Assembly: GCA_964514175.1 (NCBI GenBank)
Contig: CAZEPQ010000001.1
Location: 1-56,067 of the forward strand
Source: an uncultured Oscillospiraceae bacterium
GTDB taxonomy: Bacteria > Bacillota > Clostridia > Oscillospirales > Oscillospiraceae
DNA: 56,067 nt
Direction: 5' to 3'
Below, one piece after another: positions 55,653 to 56,067 of this stretch (the first letter of the stretch is position 1; each line of letters starts with the position of its first letter). The position numbers and the translations under genes are program-made. The notes beneath the pieces are model-generated. The model searched no databases. It saw only the letters and a list, made by a program, of their open reading frames with translations, and was not told the origin of the DNA.

Positions 55653-56067
55653 TTAGCATAGACTCTCATACCCTATCCTCTTTCCTTTAACCATTGGGCG
55701 GACACGCATAGACGTGTCCGCCCAAATGCTATGACATACAAAAAGGGAGAACCATTTACATTTTTGTTCAGTCGCAGATCCACATCCTCAACTTGCTTGG
55801 CGTATAGGTCGTCCTGAATTGCGAGAAATCTGTTTCCTGCCGATACTGTCATCTGCCCTCTGGGCCTCCGAGCCAGCGCTACGGCGGTAGATCAGCTCCG
55901 CGGGCAAACTCCCACCTCATCCCCATCGGCGGCTGTACGAAGCCTCAGCAGGTCACACAGGCTGTTCGCAGTGGCTACGATGCCGCAATTGTATTAGATT
56001 GATACCACAAAACGGGGCTGTTGCAAAATGCAAATTTTTGCAGCAGCCCTTCCTTATCTCCAACATA

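Noticed and set aside
55740-55930. A 59-codon minus-strand ORF (MTVSAGNRFLAIQDDLYAKQVEDVDLRLNK...) and hairpins at 55696-55723 and 56013-56052 near the window end.
   Set aside because: The ORF has no RBS or recognisable family. The hairpins lack convincing T tracts. The window ends here, so the context is missing.

Overview
This window comes from a moderately GC-rich Gram-positive anaerobe that looks Clostridia-like. The evidence is AGGAGG-type ribosome-binding sites, sigma-A type promoters, and lipobox solute-binding lipoproteins with long acidic Ala/Glu/Pro linkers. The first ~9 kb is an ordinary xylose / beta-glycoside utilisation region: the xylA 3-prime end, xylB, a large solute-binding lipoprotein and two GH3 glycosidases. 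From ~9.1 kb to the end the window is an accessory supercluster of at least six regulator-linked modules. These modules reuse a small set of poorly characterised parts. (i) An order-conserved triad of three different NTF2-like (SnoaL_4 / BaiE-like) genes occurs three times (23743-21323 minus, 42098-44522 plus, 52310-49786 minus), with one extra BaiE-like copy. (ii) There are two 2,4-dienoyl-CoA-reductase / Old-Yellow-Enzyme type Fe-S flavoenzymes. (iii) There are three long flavodoxin-like proteins. (iv) There are two paralogous parallel beta-helix proteins. (v) There is one KstD / fumarate-reductase type FAD oxidoreductase. (vi) There are four ~550-590 aa family-1 solute-binding lipoproteins with no cognate permease in the window. 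The region also holds one complete Opp/Dpp-type ABC importer, a family-I CoA-transferase, a VOC protein and seven transcription factors (four receiver-less AraC, one PucR, one LysR, one tandem HxlR). Many island proteins carry Gly/Pro-rich low-complexity segments, and two of these are encoded by tandem DNA repeats. I saw no rRNA, tRNA, CRISPR array or intact mobile element. The best candidate for an undescribed system is the thrice-repeated NTF2-like A-B-C cassette together with its associated binding protein, flavin reductases and AraC regulators. All functional calls rest on motif recognition by eye and recalled family knowledge; no database search was possible.
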